A stretch of 64,000 bases of DNA, taken from assembly GCA_963675595.2 (NCBI GenBank), contig CAXXLZ010000001.1, positions 608,001 through 672,000 on the forward strand, read 5' to 3'. Both the position numbers and the translations under genes were made by a program. Origin of the DNA: Thermodesulfobacteriota bacterium (lineage in GTDB: Bacteria; Desulfobacterota; Desulfarculia; JACQYL01). Shown here piece after piece: positions 39,601-48,439 of the stretch. Every line of letters begins with the position of its first letter. Positions within the stretch are counted from its first letter, which is position 1. Below the pieces are notes generated by a model. It was given only the letters and a program-made list of their open reading frames with translations. It made no database searches and had not been told where the DNA came from.

Positions 39601-42095
39601 ATGCACAGCGTGCTCTTGATGGCCGCGACGGTGACTTCTTCGCCGCTCAACACCTGGATCACGCCGGCGCTCTTCCGTGTGACGAGGGCCATGTCCGCGA
39701 AACTTTTCTCCGTGATGCCGAGCATGACCACGTGATGGGCTTCAAGGTCCTTGGCGAACTGAACCATGTCCGCCGTGGTGGAGGACCAGCTCAGGAGCAC
39801 CACCAGATCCTGTTCGGGCACAATGGCCGCGGGGATGTTTTCGATTTCAATGGGCCGCAGCACCAAGATCTCCTGGTCCGGCAGACGGGATTGTAGAAAG
39901 TCCCGGGCCATGAGGCCCGTATTGTGGGCGCTTCCCATGCCCACCAGCAGGATGCGCTTGAGGCTCGTGAGGCGTTGCCCGAAACGACGGTGCAGAAGTC
40001 GGTGCCGGAGTTCGAAATGCGGCGGACCTTGTTCGTCGCGGGCGTAACTCTGAATAATCCCTTCCAGCCGTTCGGGGATTTCATGGAGATGGCTTTCGTA
40101 GAAGGAGCGAAACAGGTCTTTTCGTGTGCGCAAGGGATTCAACACGGTTCGGAAGGGTTTGACGTCCGGTCGGTGATTTCCTTGAAAATCGGTAATCCGC
40201 GCATTGCGGCGAAAACGACCTTTTTCAAAACCGGCTTCGATTCGAGCGAAGATTTCTTCTCCTTCCAGAGGGTATACGACAATCTCGAAGGCCTTGAGGA
40301 TTGCCGACTCCGTGTCCCGGTATTTCTTCTCACACGCTTCGAGGGCCGCCTTGTCGGCCCCGGACTCCTCCAGCTCCCTCAAGGCCTTTCGATACTCGTG
40401 ATGCGCCTGTCTCAGCGCCACGGCTTTCTTGTGGATCAGCCGCTGAGGGAACAGTCCCACGGCCGCATTGATATCCGAAACCACCATGAAATCGTTGCCG
40501 TCCGCGCGTTGCACCACCAGCGCGGGTCGGTTGTGCACGGCTACGTATAGGCGGCGAGGTGATTGCAGGCTGATGCCAGCCGCGGCGACCTGGCCTCCGT
40601 CACCCACCATGCGCCGCGCCGCTTCGAGGAAAGCCTGCTCGTCCAGATCGCTCGGGGATTTATCCTTGATTTCCCGATAGACTCTGTGGTCGATGGTCTG
40701 GCTTCCGATGGTGTAGTCCTGCAAGGCCGCGTCCACCTGGGTATCAATGGCTTGGTAGCGTTCTTTCTCCTCTTGCAGCAATTTTGCGTAATGACCCCAA
40801 AGCAGAGCCAGGTATTCGGAAGAGTTCCCGCTGCGGAAGGTATGGCCGCACACCCTTTCGAGAAAGTCGTGGACTTCGGTCTCCACTCTGGTGCTGAACT
40901 GGCCGTTGAGCACGATGGACCTCAGTCCCGATGCATCGGAAAAGGGATGCGCATTCCGGAGGTTCACGGGCGACTGCAAAGCCCAGCGTCCATGGGCGAT
41001 AAGCGGTGTGGAGAGATAGTGCAGCCAAACAGGGTGGGTTTCTCCCGAGGCCGGTTGCCCGGAAAGAGCGGCCACGGCGGGAGCGTTCTTCATCAGGTCC
41101 GGCAGAATCACCTTTTGATGGAGATGGATAAAGGCCGATGCAGCAGCCCAGCCGTATACATTGATGCTCTTCTCCGCACTGTACAGGGTCTGCCAGTCGA
41201 GGGAACGATGTTGGGCCGCCCCTTTCCACACGCTCTCCAGAATTTGCTGAAGTTCCCCGCGGAGTTCCGGCTGAAAAGGCAATCGACACAAAAGCGCGGC
41301 GTCCAGAAGCCGAAAGACGCCGCGAACGCCGTCCCGATCATAGTCTTCAGGCACATGGAAATGGGTGTCCCTCAAAAGGTCCCATAGATTTTCCTCAATG
41401 GCGGGGCTGCTCGCGAAGTACTCGCTTTCGAAGCGACCGGGGGTCGATCTCATTTCGTCCACCGAGGTTTCGAAAAGTCGGTCGAAGGCCTTGAGGACTT
41501 CCAGGGGGTCTTCGCTGATCCGTCCTTCGTCTCGCCAATGGGATAACGTTTTCGAGAGGGCGCTTCCGAGAAGGGTCTGGATGGCCAGAAAGGGGAGATC
41601 ATAGTGATTGATCAGGTAACGAATGAGTTCCCTGAACTGCTCTCGGTCGCGCACCGAAAATCCCGGGGCGTGTTCGATTCTTCCCGGTCTTCCGGGTGCC
41701 AGCGTTCTTGGAGGACGGACATCCAGATCCAGCAGATCGTCCAATGTATCGTACTTGGTTTTGCCCTCCACGCGGGTATCCAGGGGCTCGGTGGAAAAGC
41801 CTTGGAAAGCTAGGAGTCGTCGTTGACGTTCCACAAGGTCTTCGATACCGCATTCGGGGCTCCAAAGCTTCATCAGGTCGAGGCCGGCATTGGGATATGC
41901 CTCTTGTTCGGTCAGCGTGGTAATCAGCGAGGTGACCGTGCCCAAAGCCTTTCGAGCTCGAAGGGGCTCCCGATCGTCTCCGAAAAAACCGATGCCCGTG
42001 CTGTCCGGGGCTCGATACACAATGGCCGACATGGCGGTGAGAGGGCGAGTGAGATTGTTTCCCGTGGTTCCGAAATACGCAACGATGCCGCACAT
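36621..42095 (-). CDS. Giant GlmS-like protein (Ntn glutamine amidotransferase plus SIS domains, with insertions and C-terminal extension)
   Basis: MCGIV N-terminal Cys, YRAPDSTG, IAHGRWA, NAHPF, VLNG, GMGSAH, SWSSTTAD, EVTVAAIKST, EIAGKLQD, PRNRSKSVTVT; 1824 aa with no stop. Confidence 0.85.
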   Translation of the reverse strand: MCGIVAYFGTTGNNLTRPLTAMSAIVYRAPDSTGIGFFGDDREPLRARKALGTVTSLITTLTEQEAYPNAGLDLMKLWSPECGIEDLVERQRRLLAFQGFSTEPLDTRVEGKTKYDTLDDLLDLDVRPPRTLAPGRPGRIEHAPGFSVRDREQFRELIRYLINHYDLPFLAIQTLLGSALSKTLSHWRDEGRISEDPLEVLKAFDRLFETSVDEMRSTPGRFESEYFASSPAIEENLWDLLRDTHFHVPEDYDRDGVRGVFRLLDAALLCRLPFQPELRGELQQILESVWKGAAQHRSLDWQTLYSAEKSINVYGWAAASAFIHLHQKVILPDLMKNAPAVAALSGQPASGETHPVWLHYLSTPLIAHGRWALQSPVNLRNAHPFSDASGLRSIVLNGQFSTRVETEVHDFLERVCGHTFRSGNSSEYLALLWGHYAKLLQEEKERYQAIDTQVDAALQDYTIGSQTIDHRVYREIKDKSPSDLDEQAFLEAARRMVGDGGQVAAAGISLQSPRRLYVAVHNRPALVVQRADGNDFMVVSDINAAVGLFPQRLIHKKAVALRQAHHEYRKALRELEESGADKAALEACEKKYRDTESAILKAFEIVVYPLEGEEIFARIEAGFEKGRFRRNARITDFQGNHRPDVKPFRTVLNPLRTRKDLFRSFYESHLHEIPERLEGIIQSYARDEQGPPHFELRHRLLHRRFGQRLTSLKRILLVGMGSAHNTGLMARDFLQSRLPDQEILVLRPIEIENIPAAIVPEQDLVVLLSWSSTTADMVQFAKDLEAHHVVMLGITEKSFADMALVTRKSAGVIQVLSGEEVTVAAIKSTLCMLMCVELLGLWLMSRLGKTEEAVASLDKLRRMPEVLANILEDPSTEEFSKELASRSAKSTVCLVFDALESTAAGHEIAGKLQDNSWYALGKCLDYRDLWIHEGPKDMNRELVLVNATHQGRLREALNVMKRLYMGDVPFAAVSYEHPEQDEVCYFSKDLCLNLPKLDDDLQPFADLMFYYRFAYLYGLAHGRTAEDAPRNRSKSVTVTRSRPKRIPSPSEELRRLVELVPKTEPGTQLEPLSRETLWEREASFEVEKRYYREMRRLADLVSRKELSGTIFQSPSQSLTKLNKAVFEDLPEEGGEVVFVSLDRSAHAAAKNLVSRWGRFLRYFLRVAPGGESLSHFKEDTILIFIATRPPEESVLAKLREQIFVPCLWFGPEIPEEFAQFFHASLGCFIMPPAEGLTENDLLYAGLSCLIVSSWRDKRPEKARIVEEHFAQCGRAVQAILNDDALRRAALDAMAENRDYPSAYFSVPPGGTGLAWVVRFDELGCLPLEQHCYGETAYGPLVTVDPRVDKKFVALLPVSEMISQYGEERVSEWERRYLGDLGIDAFLEQPTADLSCRIEKPFFAEGRWYLPALRPGYDAAEDTLIIIDAAVHRRFDRALDELATYGVRYARMLIVSQRAFFQEQQKSLACQPMDRLLLLPTLEGYTDEAVPIPEILLPFAMNLLAVQLCAGAAKARDLPFEPVSRDAVFLRCFGPLGDLINRDRLDLDYFHSRLIEPLRHLTPVMHSLEGTGRYSVLEIRDEDRLHRLADQGLLYNPDTTVEHFRAQQSLAPPFFLVRPNRETFDARILEAASQTFQGDDWNMWHEAHGDTWDVLYHRTPDIRDDGLLESLLLLPFAGASWEDGGRLYHVSPRYFEWDHAQSMAEQLHISSLALGLETNDETPLGARYREIVGRFNDGMTAQGHVWDDRLFTLVKRSLLFRKSSRVTVDLLLERVQTLLDDLAQRRPATTVQTIAVALETSWPELQGQEDLNDAERWEALRGMLG

Positions 42096-42422
42096 GAAAA
42101 CGCTCCGGTGTGGGTGTCGGTCGGGCGCCGTCCCGCCTTGATCCGGGACGCCCCTATGAAGCGACGGAATGGGCTCGCGGGTTCGAACGCGGGCCCTCGC
42201 TTCCGCTTATAAAGGCTGAAGAAAGGTTTGGGAACCCCTTTTTCGAACGGGTCTCCTGAATGCCTCTTTAGCGGATTCTCTTTTCAAGGATTTGTGAGTC
42301 CTCGTTGATTTTAATCCCCGGTCGCGACTATCCTTATTGGGTCGGCTCGAGCAACTCTCCACCACCTTACTCTTCCAACATCCGCGTGCTCCGGGCGGCA
42401 GGCTCGGGAAAGGAGCGACCCC

Positions 42423-43070
42423 ATGATCTCAGTGCTGGGTATCTGCGGCAGTCCGGTAAAGGACTCCAATACGGAAGTGCTGCTCAAAACGGCTCTCGAT
42501 TCGGTTCAAGCGGACGACGTGCAAACGGATTTGTTCACCCTTCATGGAAAGACCGTGCAGAGTTGTATCCATTGTAACTGGTGCATGTTCAAACAGGAAG
42601 AGGGGCGTTGCTGCAAAATCGAGGACGACATGGGGCTGCTGTATCCCAAGCTGCTCCAGGCCGACGTGATCCTCGTCGCCACGCCCGTGTACATCGGCAG
42701 GATGTCGGGCCATCTGGCCTGCGTGTTGGATCGCATGCGCGCCGTCGACTACGGCAGAGTCTACAAATCATCGCTGAAGTACAAGGTGGGTGGAGGCATC
42801 GCCGTAAGCTGGTACCGTCATTCCGGCATCGAAACCACCCTCAACAGCCTGATTTGGGCTTTCCTTACCTGGAAAATGATTCCCGCAGTCCCGGGGTCTT
42901 CCTCCACTTTCGGAGGGGCTGCGGTGAGCAGTATCGGTGGCACGGGCCAATTCGACCCCAAAGACCGGCATCAGGTATTGAAAGACGACTACGGCCTGGA
43001 CTCGGCCAAATCCACCGCCGCGTCCGCGGTGGAACTGGCGCGGATCGTCCGGCGCGGCTTGGAAGGATGA
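42423..43070 (+). CDS. Flavodoxin-fold iron-sulfur flavoprotein / NADPH-dependent FMN reductase
   Basis: GICGSPVKDSNT, CIHCNWC..CKIEDDM, ATPVY. Confidence 0.88.
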   Translation: MISVLGICGSPVKDSNTEVLLKTALDSVQADDVQTDLFTLHGKTVQSCIHCNWCMFKQEEGRCCKIEDDMGLLYPKLLQADVILVATPVYIGRMSGHLACVLDRMRAVDYGRVYKSSLKYKVGGGIAVSWYRHSGIETTLNSLIWAFLTWKMIPAVPGSSSTFGGAAVSSIGGTGQFDPKDRHQVLKDDYGLDSAKSTAASAVELARIVRRGLEG

Positions 43071-43468
43071 AGAGGGGGGCCTCGCCGCTTTCGGCGGAGG
43101 GGCTGCGGGTGGAATCGATTTCCACACGTGCAATAATAGGTTGAGAGAGCTGTGTGAATCACTTTCGTAGGCTCCTGTGATCCGCCGACCATCGTCCGGG
43201 GGAAGGTTTTGTGGAGACGCGGGACCGGGAGGTCATGTTCAATTTCGCGGAAGAGTCGCCGTCGTAATGTATCGCCCTTCCTCATATCTATGAGGGTTTA
43301 CAGATTCACGCTGCCTTCGCTTGACAAAGCTCGCCGAAAACTAGAGTTTGGAGCGTATGGGGAGAATCGGGCGGGGCGGTTCAGGAATTTCCGCCTTTAG
43401 CCGATTCCCTTGTATGTTCTGAGAATGATCACACCGGTTTCTTCCGAAGGCCGGTGGGAAGGTTTTGC

Positions 43469-45220
43469 ATGACACGAGTTTTTCTGATCTTTTTCCTGGT
43501 AATGACGGCAGCGACACCGGCCGGGGCGGTGTTGTGGCCCGAATTGGTGTTGGAACCGGCGGTGGGGGGGCTCAGCTCTCCGGTGTACGTCACCCACGCC
43601 GGGGACGGGAGCGGACGCCTGTTCGTGGTGGAGCAGGAGGGCAAAATCCGGATCGCCAAAGACGGGCAGGTCGCGGCTTCGTCGTTTCTGGATATCACCG
43701 ACCGGGTATTGTACGGGGGAGAGCGAGGGTTGCTCAGCGCGGCGTTCCCTCCGTCTTTTGGGGAAAGCGGCCGTTTCTACGTGTATTACACCGCCCAAGA
43801 TGGGAACAACGTGGTGGCTCGGTTCCATGTTTCAGCAGAGGATACGGACGCGGCGGACCCGGAGAGTGAAGAGATCGTTCTGATCCTCGAACACCCGGAT
43901 CATGAGAATCACAACGGCGGTCAGCTCGCCTTCAGCCCTATGGACGGATATCTTTACATCGGAACCGGAGACGGGGGAGGAGGGGGCGATCCGGAAGGCA
44001 ACGCCCAAAATCTGCAATCCTTGTTGGGAAAGATACTCCGCATCGACCCCGAGTCCGCGGAATCCGGATACCTGATTCCCGCCGATAATCCCTTTACCGA
44101 GGACTCGGACCCTTCGGATTCGGCGCGCGACGAAATCTGGGCTTACGGATTGCGCAACCCGTGGCGGTTCTCCTTCGATCGATTGACCGGGGACCTTTAC
44201 ATCGGCGATGTGGGGCAGAACCGAATGGAAGAAGTGGACTTCCAGCCGGCGGAAGGGACGGGTGGAGACAACTATGGTTGGAACCTGCTGGAAGGAAGTC
44301 TGTGTTATCCTTCCGGTGAGGCTCCGCCCGCCTGCGAACCGCCGGCCGGCTATGCGGCTCCCGTGGTCGAGTACGGCCGGTCCGACGGGCAAGCCGTCAC
44401 CGGCGGATTCGTGTACCGGGGACCCGCACGGAGGAACATGGAAGGCGTTTACTTTTTCGCGGATTATGTTTCAGGCAGGCTCTGGGGGCTTCAACGGAAT
44501 CAGGACGCATGGTCCTTACGTCTTCTTTTCGTGGTCCCTTTTCACATTTCCACCTTCGGAGAAGACGAGTTCGGTAACCTGTACGTTGCGGACTATCAGG
44601 GGGGAACCCTCTATCAACTCACCTCTCGTGAGTATCCGGACGGGATTTTCAAACCCGACGACCAATCCGTCAACGCCTATGTCCAGACCTATACCACGGG
44701 TTCCGTTCTAGTGATTCTGACCTGGGACCTCAATGCTTGGTACGCCTTTCTCGACGAAGACTGGACCGACGGCATCCAGGATCAGGTCGACCTGGCGGGC
44801 CTGGGGCAGCGGTTGAGCATGGAATTTTCGGAAACCTGGCGCGCTCAGATGACGCTGACCTCAGTCGACGGAGACGTACACACTTGGAGCCTGACCAAGC
44901 GGTTTCGTGCTCCGGAACCCGGAAGCCAAGTGGACGGGATTTACAAACTCAGCGACGATTCCATGAACATCTTCCTTCAAACCTACGAACAAGGCTCCGC
45001 TGTGGCGGTGGTCACGCCCGATCTGGATTCGTGGTACGCCTTCGTGGTACCGGACTGGAGCGAAGGGATCGAGAACGTGGTCGACCTGTCGGGGGCGGGG
45101 CATCATCTCACCATGAACTTCACCGCAGCCAATCGGGCGTCGGGAGTGTTCTCCTACGCAGACGGCATTTCCGTCTTCTGGAGCCTTATCAGGAAGTTCA
45201 AAGCGCCGGATGTCCAATAA
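43469..45220 (+). CDS. PQQ-dependent sugar dehydrogenase family (GSDH beta-propeller) with two C-terminal tandem domains
   Basis: Signal peptide, GERGLL, NHNGGQL, GDGGGGGDP, YGLRNPWRFSFD, GDVGQNRMEEVD. Confidence 0.88.
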   Translation: MTRVFLIFFLVMTAATPAGAVLWPELVLEPAVGGLSSPVYVTHAGDGSGRLFVVEQEGKIRIAKDGQVAASSFLDITDRVLYGGERGLLSAAFPPSFGESGRFYVYYTAQDGNNVVARFHVSAEDTDAADPESEEIVLILEHPDHENHNGGQLAFSPMDGYLYIGTGDGGGGGDPEGNAQNLQSLLGKILRIDPESAESGYLIPADNPFTEDSDPSDSARDEIWAYGLRNPWRFSFDRLTGDLYIGDVGQNRMEEVDFQPAEGTGGDNYGWNLLEGSLCYPSGEAPPACEPPAGYAAPVVEYGRSDGQAVTGGFVYRGPARRNMEGVYFFADYVSGRLWGLQRNQDAWSLRLLFVVPFHISTFGEDEFGNLYVADYQGGTLYQLTSREYPDGIFKPDDQSVNAYVQTYTTGSVLVILTWDLNAWYAFLDEDWTDGIQDQVDLAGLGQRLSMEFSETWRAQMTLTSVDGDVHTWSLTKRFRAPEPGSQVDGIYKLSDDSMNIFLQTYEQGSAVAVVTPDLDSWYAFVVPDWSEGIENVVDLSGAGHHLTMNFTAANRASGVFSYADGISVFWSLIRKFKAPDVQ

Positions 45221-45234
45221 AGGGCCGGGATGAG

Positions 45235-45332
45235 GAGGCTTGAAAACGGATGGGGGAAACTTATGAAAAAGTTTCCCCCATGCCCCTTTCAAAACTTCCT
45301 TGGCAGGCCTCACCGCCTCCGGCGAAGAGGCT
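45235..45332. repeat. Palindromic repeat copy between convergent genes
   Basis: TGGGGGAAACTTATGAAAAAGTTTCCCCCA hairpin plus CTCACCGCCTCCGGCGAAGAGG. Confidence 0.6.
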
Positions 45333-45404
45333 CACGAGCAAATGGGCCCCTCGCTCAGACAGGAGCTTTCGTCCAAAGTGACGGACAGCCTGAAACCGTC
45401 GGGA

Positions 45405-45749
45405 TCAGACGTAGGGGTGGGTGCCCAGGATGACGGGCACGCCCGTCTTTTCTTCGATGATCTTGGCTTTCTCTTCCGCCGTAGAGTAGGGACAGTCGGG
45501 TTTGGCCTTGGCCATGCAGTTGCTCATATAGATGGCGTCGGGCTTGACTTCCGACAGTTTGATGGTCATGCCCACGTTGGGCGCGGCGGCCCTGCCCGGG
45601 CACTCACATTTTATGAATCCCGCCACCATGGAAGGCTCTTCGAAGGTCCCTTCTCCCAGTCCCGCCGCCTTGAGACAACGCCATTCGCCGGGGCAGCCGT
45701 AGCCGCTGTCCATGTAAGACCCACAGCCGATAATCATTACTTTCTTCAT
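45405..45749 (-). CDS. CGGC domain-containing protein
   Basis: IIGC..CPGEWRC..CECPG..SNCM..CPY..VILGTHPY pattern. Confidence 0.8.
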   Translation of the reverse strand: MKKVMIIGCGSYMDSGYGCPGEWRCLKAAGLGEGTFEEPSMVAGFIKCECPGRAAAPNVGMTIKLSEVKPDAIYMSNCMAKAKPDCPYSTAEEKAKIIEEKTGVPVILGTHPYV

Positions 45750-45899
45750 GGCCTGCATCCTCCTGCTGTGTTTGGTTTGGAATCGGACAGGTCGAGTATC
45801 GCCTCAACCCACATGAAAGTCCAAAAGAAAAGAGAGTTCGTTGTTTCGAACGGGATGACCGGGCATCAAGGCCGCTCAGGATTTTCCCGCACGCCGCGA

Positions 45900-46769
45900 T
45901 CAGGGTAATTGCTCCAGCCGATCCCTCACCTGGTCCCAAAGGGCGCGGACTCGCGCCGCCGATGGACAATCGTCGTCTTCCACCACCGTCTTTCCTTGCA
46001 CCATGGCGAGGGTGAAGGCTTTGTCGAATGGAAGCTCAGCCAGGGTTTCCACCTGGAGTGTTTCGGCCATGTTCCGGATTTCCGTGCACATGGGAGGATT
46101 CAGGTCCGATTTGTTGATGACCAGAAAGGCCGGTACTTTGAAATGTTGCGCCAGTTCGGCCACCCGCCGCAGGTCGTGACGCCCGGAAACCGTGGGTTCG
46201 GTAACGATGAGCACGGCAGTGGTTCCTCCCAGGGACGCGATGACCGGACAACCGATGCCCGGAGGGCCATCGGTGATGAGGAGTTCACGAGATTGGCGTT
46301 CCACCAGCTTGGCCGCCTCCGTTCGGACCAGGGTAACGAGTTTGCCCGAATTTTCTTCCGCGATGCCCAACCGGGCATGCACCAGGGGACCGAAACGAGT
46401 ATCGGAGATGTACCATTCGCCGCAGACTGTGGGGGGGAAATCGATGGCGTTCTCCGGGCACAGGGAGACGCACACGCCGCACCCCTCACAGGTCAAGGGA
46501 TCGACCCGGAAGGAGTCGTCGATGGCGTTCCACTGGCACAGCTCGACGCAGGTGCCGCACGAGGTGCAGGCGTCGCGTCGAATGTAGGCCTTTCCTCCTC
46601 CGATGAACTCGCGACGCTCCAACACGTCGGGTTTCAGCAGGAGATGCAGGTCTGCGGCGTCCACGTCCGCGTCGCAGAACACCGCGTTTTTCGCGAGGGC
46701 TGCGAAGGCACCCACAATGCTGGTCTTGCCGGTTCCGCCTTTTCCACTCAGGATCACGAGTTCTTTCAT
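45900..46769 (-). CDS. MinD/CobQ-family P-loop ATPase with 2x[4Fe-4S] insert
   Basis: SGKGGTGKT, DADVDAADLH, CTSCGTCVELC, CEGCGVCVSLCP, DGPPGIGCP. Confidence 0.9.
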   Translation of the reverse strand: MKELVILSGKGGTGKTSIVGAFAALAKNAVFCDADVDAADLHLLLKPDVLERREFIGGGKAYIRRDACTSCGTCVELCQWNAIDDSFRVDPLTCEGCGVCVSLCPENAIDFPPTVCGEWYISDTRFGPLVHARLGIAEENSGKLVTLVRTEAAKLVERQSRELLITDGPPGIGCPVIASLGGTTAVLIVTEPTVSGRHDLRRVAELAQHFKVPAFLVINKSDLNPPMCTEIRNMAETLQVETLAELPFDKAFTLAMVQGKTVVEDDDCPSAARVRALWDQVRDRLEQLP

Positions 46770-47629
46770 AGCCCGGCGCCCTCCCTCCGCTGTCGTTCCG
46801 ATTGCGAAACCACCGTGTCCCAAAGCCGTGCAAAGCGCTCTTTCCATTCCGGGAAGGCTTCCACAATGAGTTCGCCGCGTGAATAGACTTCGGCCAGTGC
46901 CCGGTCAAAGGGAATCTCCATCAGGATGGGAACATCTTGGTTCCGGGCGTAATCCCACACGTCTCGATTGCCCAAGTCCGAACGGTTGATGATCAGGCCG
47001 TGGGGAACGCCCAGCACACGCACCGCCTCCACCGCGAGTTCCAGGTCGTGGAGACCGAAAGGAGTCGGTTCCGTGACCAGGAGAACGAAGTCGGTGTCTC
47101 GGATGGCCGCGATCATGGGACAGGAGGTGCCGGGTGGTGCGTCGATGATCACGTCGCCGTCGGGCTTTGCCAGGCTCCGGACCTTGCGAATCAAGGGAGG
47201 AGCCATGGCTTCTCCGATTCGGAGTCTGCCGTGGACCAGCTCGATACCGTTCCTACGTCCCACTTCCAACGTACCCAATTCGCGTTGGTCTTCCCGGATC
47301 GCACCGGTGGGACAAACGACTTGGCAGCCTTTGCAGCTGTGGCACAGACTTGAAAAGGTAAGAGTGGTGTCTTTCAGGATGACCAAAGCGCGAAAGCGAC
47401 AAATATCGGCGCACATCCCGCAGAAAGTACACTTGGATTCGTCGATCTGAGGCACAAAGGTGGTCATTGTCTCGGAAATCGACCATTCGGGATTCAAGAA
47501 AAGGTGGCAGTTGGGTTCTTCCACGTCGCAATCGAGCAACTGGACTGCTCTATCCAGGGAAGCGGCTAAGTTCGTGCTCACCGTGGTCTTGCCGGTACCG
47601 CCTTTGCCGCTGGCTACGCTGATGATCAT
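46766..47629 (-). CDS. MinD/CobQ-family P-loop ATPase with 2x[4Fe-4S] insert (paralog)
   Basis: SGKGGTGKT, DCDVEEPN, CTFCGMCADIC, CHSCKGCQVVCP, DAPPGTSCP. Confidence 0.9.
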   Translation of the reverse strand: MIISVASGKGGTGKTTVSTNLAASLDRAVQLLDCDVEEPNCHLFLNPEWSISETMTTFVPQIDESKCTFCGMCADICRFRALVILKDTTLTFSSLCHSCKGCQVVCPTGAIREDQRELGTLEVGRRNGIELVHGRLRIGEAMAPPLIRKVRSLAKPDGDVIIDAPPGTSCPMIAAIRDTDFVLLVTEPTPFGLHDLELAVEAVRVLGVPHGLIINRSDLGNRDVWDYARNQDVPILMEIPFDRALAEVYSRGELIVEAFPEWKERFARLWDTVVSQSERQRREGAGL

Positions 47630-47946
47630 AATGCGATGGACCTCACCTTCCGTTCATGGGGGAAATTTCGCCCCCTACAAGAATCTCTCTCTTGTGCCGG
47701 TAAACGAACCGCGCACGCGAGATTCTATGTCACCGGGCTTGGACAACCGCTCTCGGCATACCGCCGACGGCTCGCCCTCCCTCCGGTGACCGTAATCCCA
47801 AGTCATTGACTGATGATCGGATGGGCCGACAGGCTGCGGGAAACAATGGGATGCGGCGCGCAGGTTGTGACGAGCGAAGCGTATATCGGGCACACCGCAT
47901 TGAACAAAGATGGAGCGCCGCCCGCATCGCATCGTTCGGCACGCTG

Positions 47947-48150
47947 CTATCGGTTTCTCCCTCTTGTGCCTCCCACTCCCATCCGTTGCGTATCCGAGAC
48001 GCGGCCCCGGCCTGTTCCTCTTCCGTTGGCTCGGCCGGCGCAGCCTCCTTTTCCGGAGCCTATCGCATTTCCGCGACCGCAGCACGCACCTGCGCCCCGG
48101 CCGGAGCCGGGTCCCTTTCCTTGAGGACCGGTACCATCGAATCGTGGCAT
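47947..48150 (-). CDS. DUF5320-like Gly/Arg-rich small protein
   Basis: MPRFDGTGPQGKGPGSGRGAGAC signature; AAGGAGG RBS. Confidence 0.75.
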   Translation of the reverse strand: MPRFDGTGPQGKGPGSGRGAGACCGRGNAIGSGKGGCAGRANGRGTGRGRVSDTQRMGVGGTRGRNR

Positions 48151-48196
48151 ATGGTTCACCTCCTTCGGTTCGATTTCGCTCCCGGGCACTGCTTCT

Positions 48197-48212
48197 AGCA
48201 ATTTGCGCGCCG
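48197..48212 (-). promoter_or_regulatory. Candidate sigma-54 promoter
   Basis: Minus strand CGGCGCGCAAATTGCT = GG-N10-GC, about 47 bp upstream of the DUF5320-like start. Confidence 0.5.
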
Positions 48213-48439
48213 GCGGAGAATATTCACGTGGATCGAAAGGGGAATTCCTTTGCCGGAAGGCGAAGAGCCTGCGGGGGGAAGGGGAGGCTCAGCGCAAAGA
48301 GGGATGTGAACATTGCAGGATGCACTGTGGACGGTTCTCGTGAATGCACATCACAGTTCCGGCGAGGTATTTTGAAGCGCGGACCATGTTTCGCCGTAAG
48401 GACGTGTGCCGGCCGGTGCACATCCGCCTCGGGAGCGCT

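Noticed and set aside
36621-42095. Intein as the explanation for the GlmS-like insertions
   Set aside because: No C/S..HN-C/S/T splice junctions or LAGLIDADG motifs are visible at the insertion borders.
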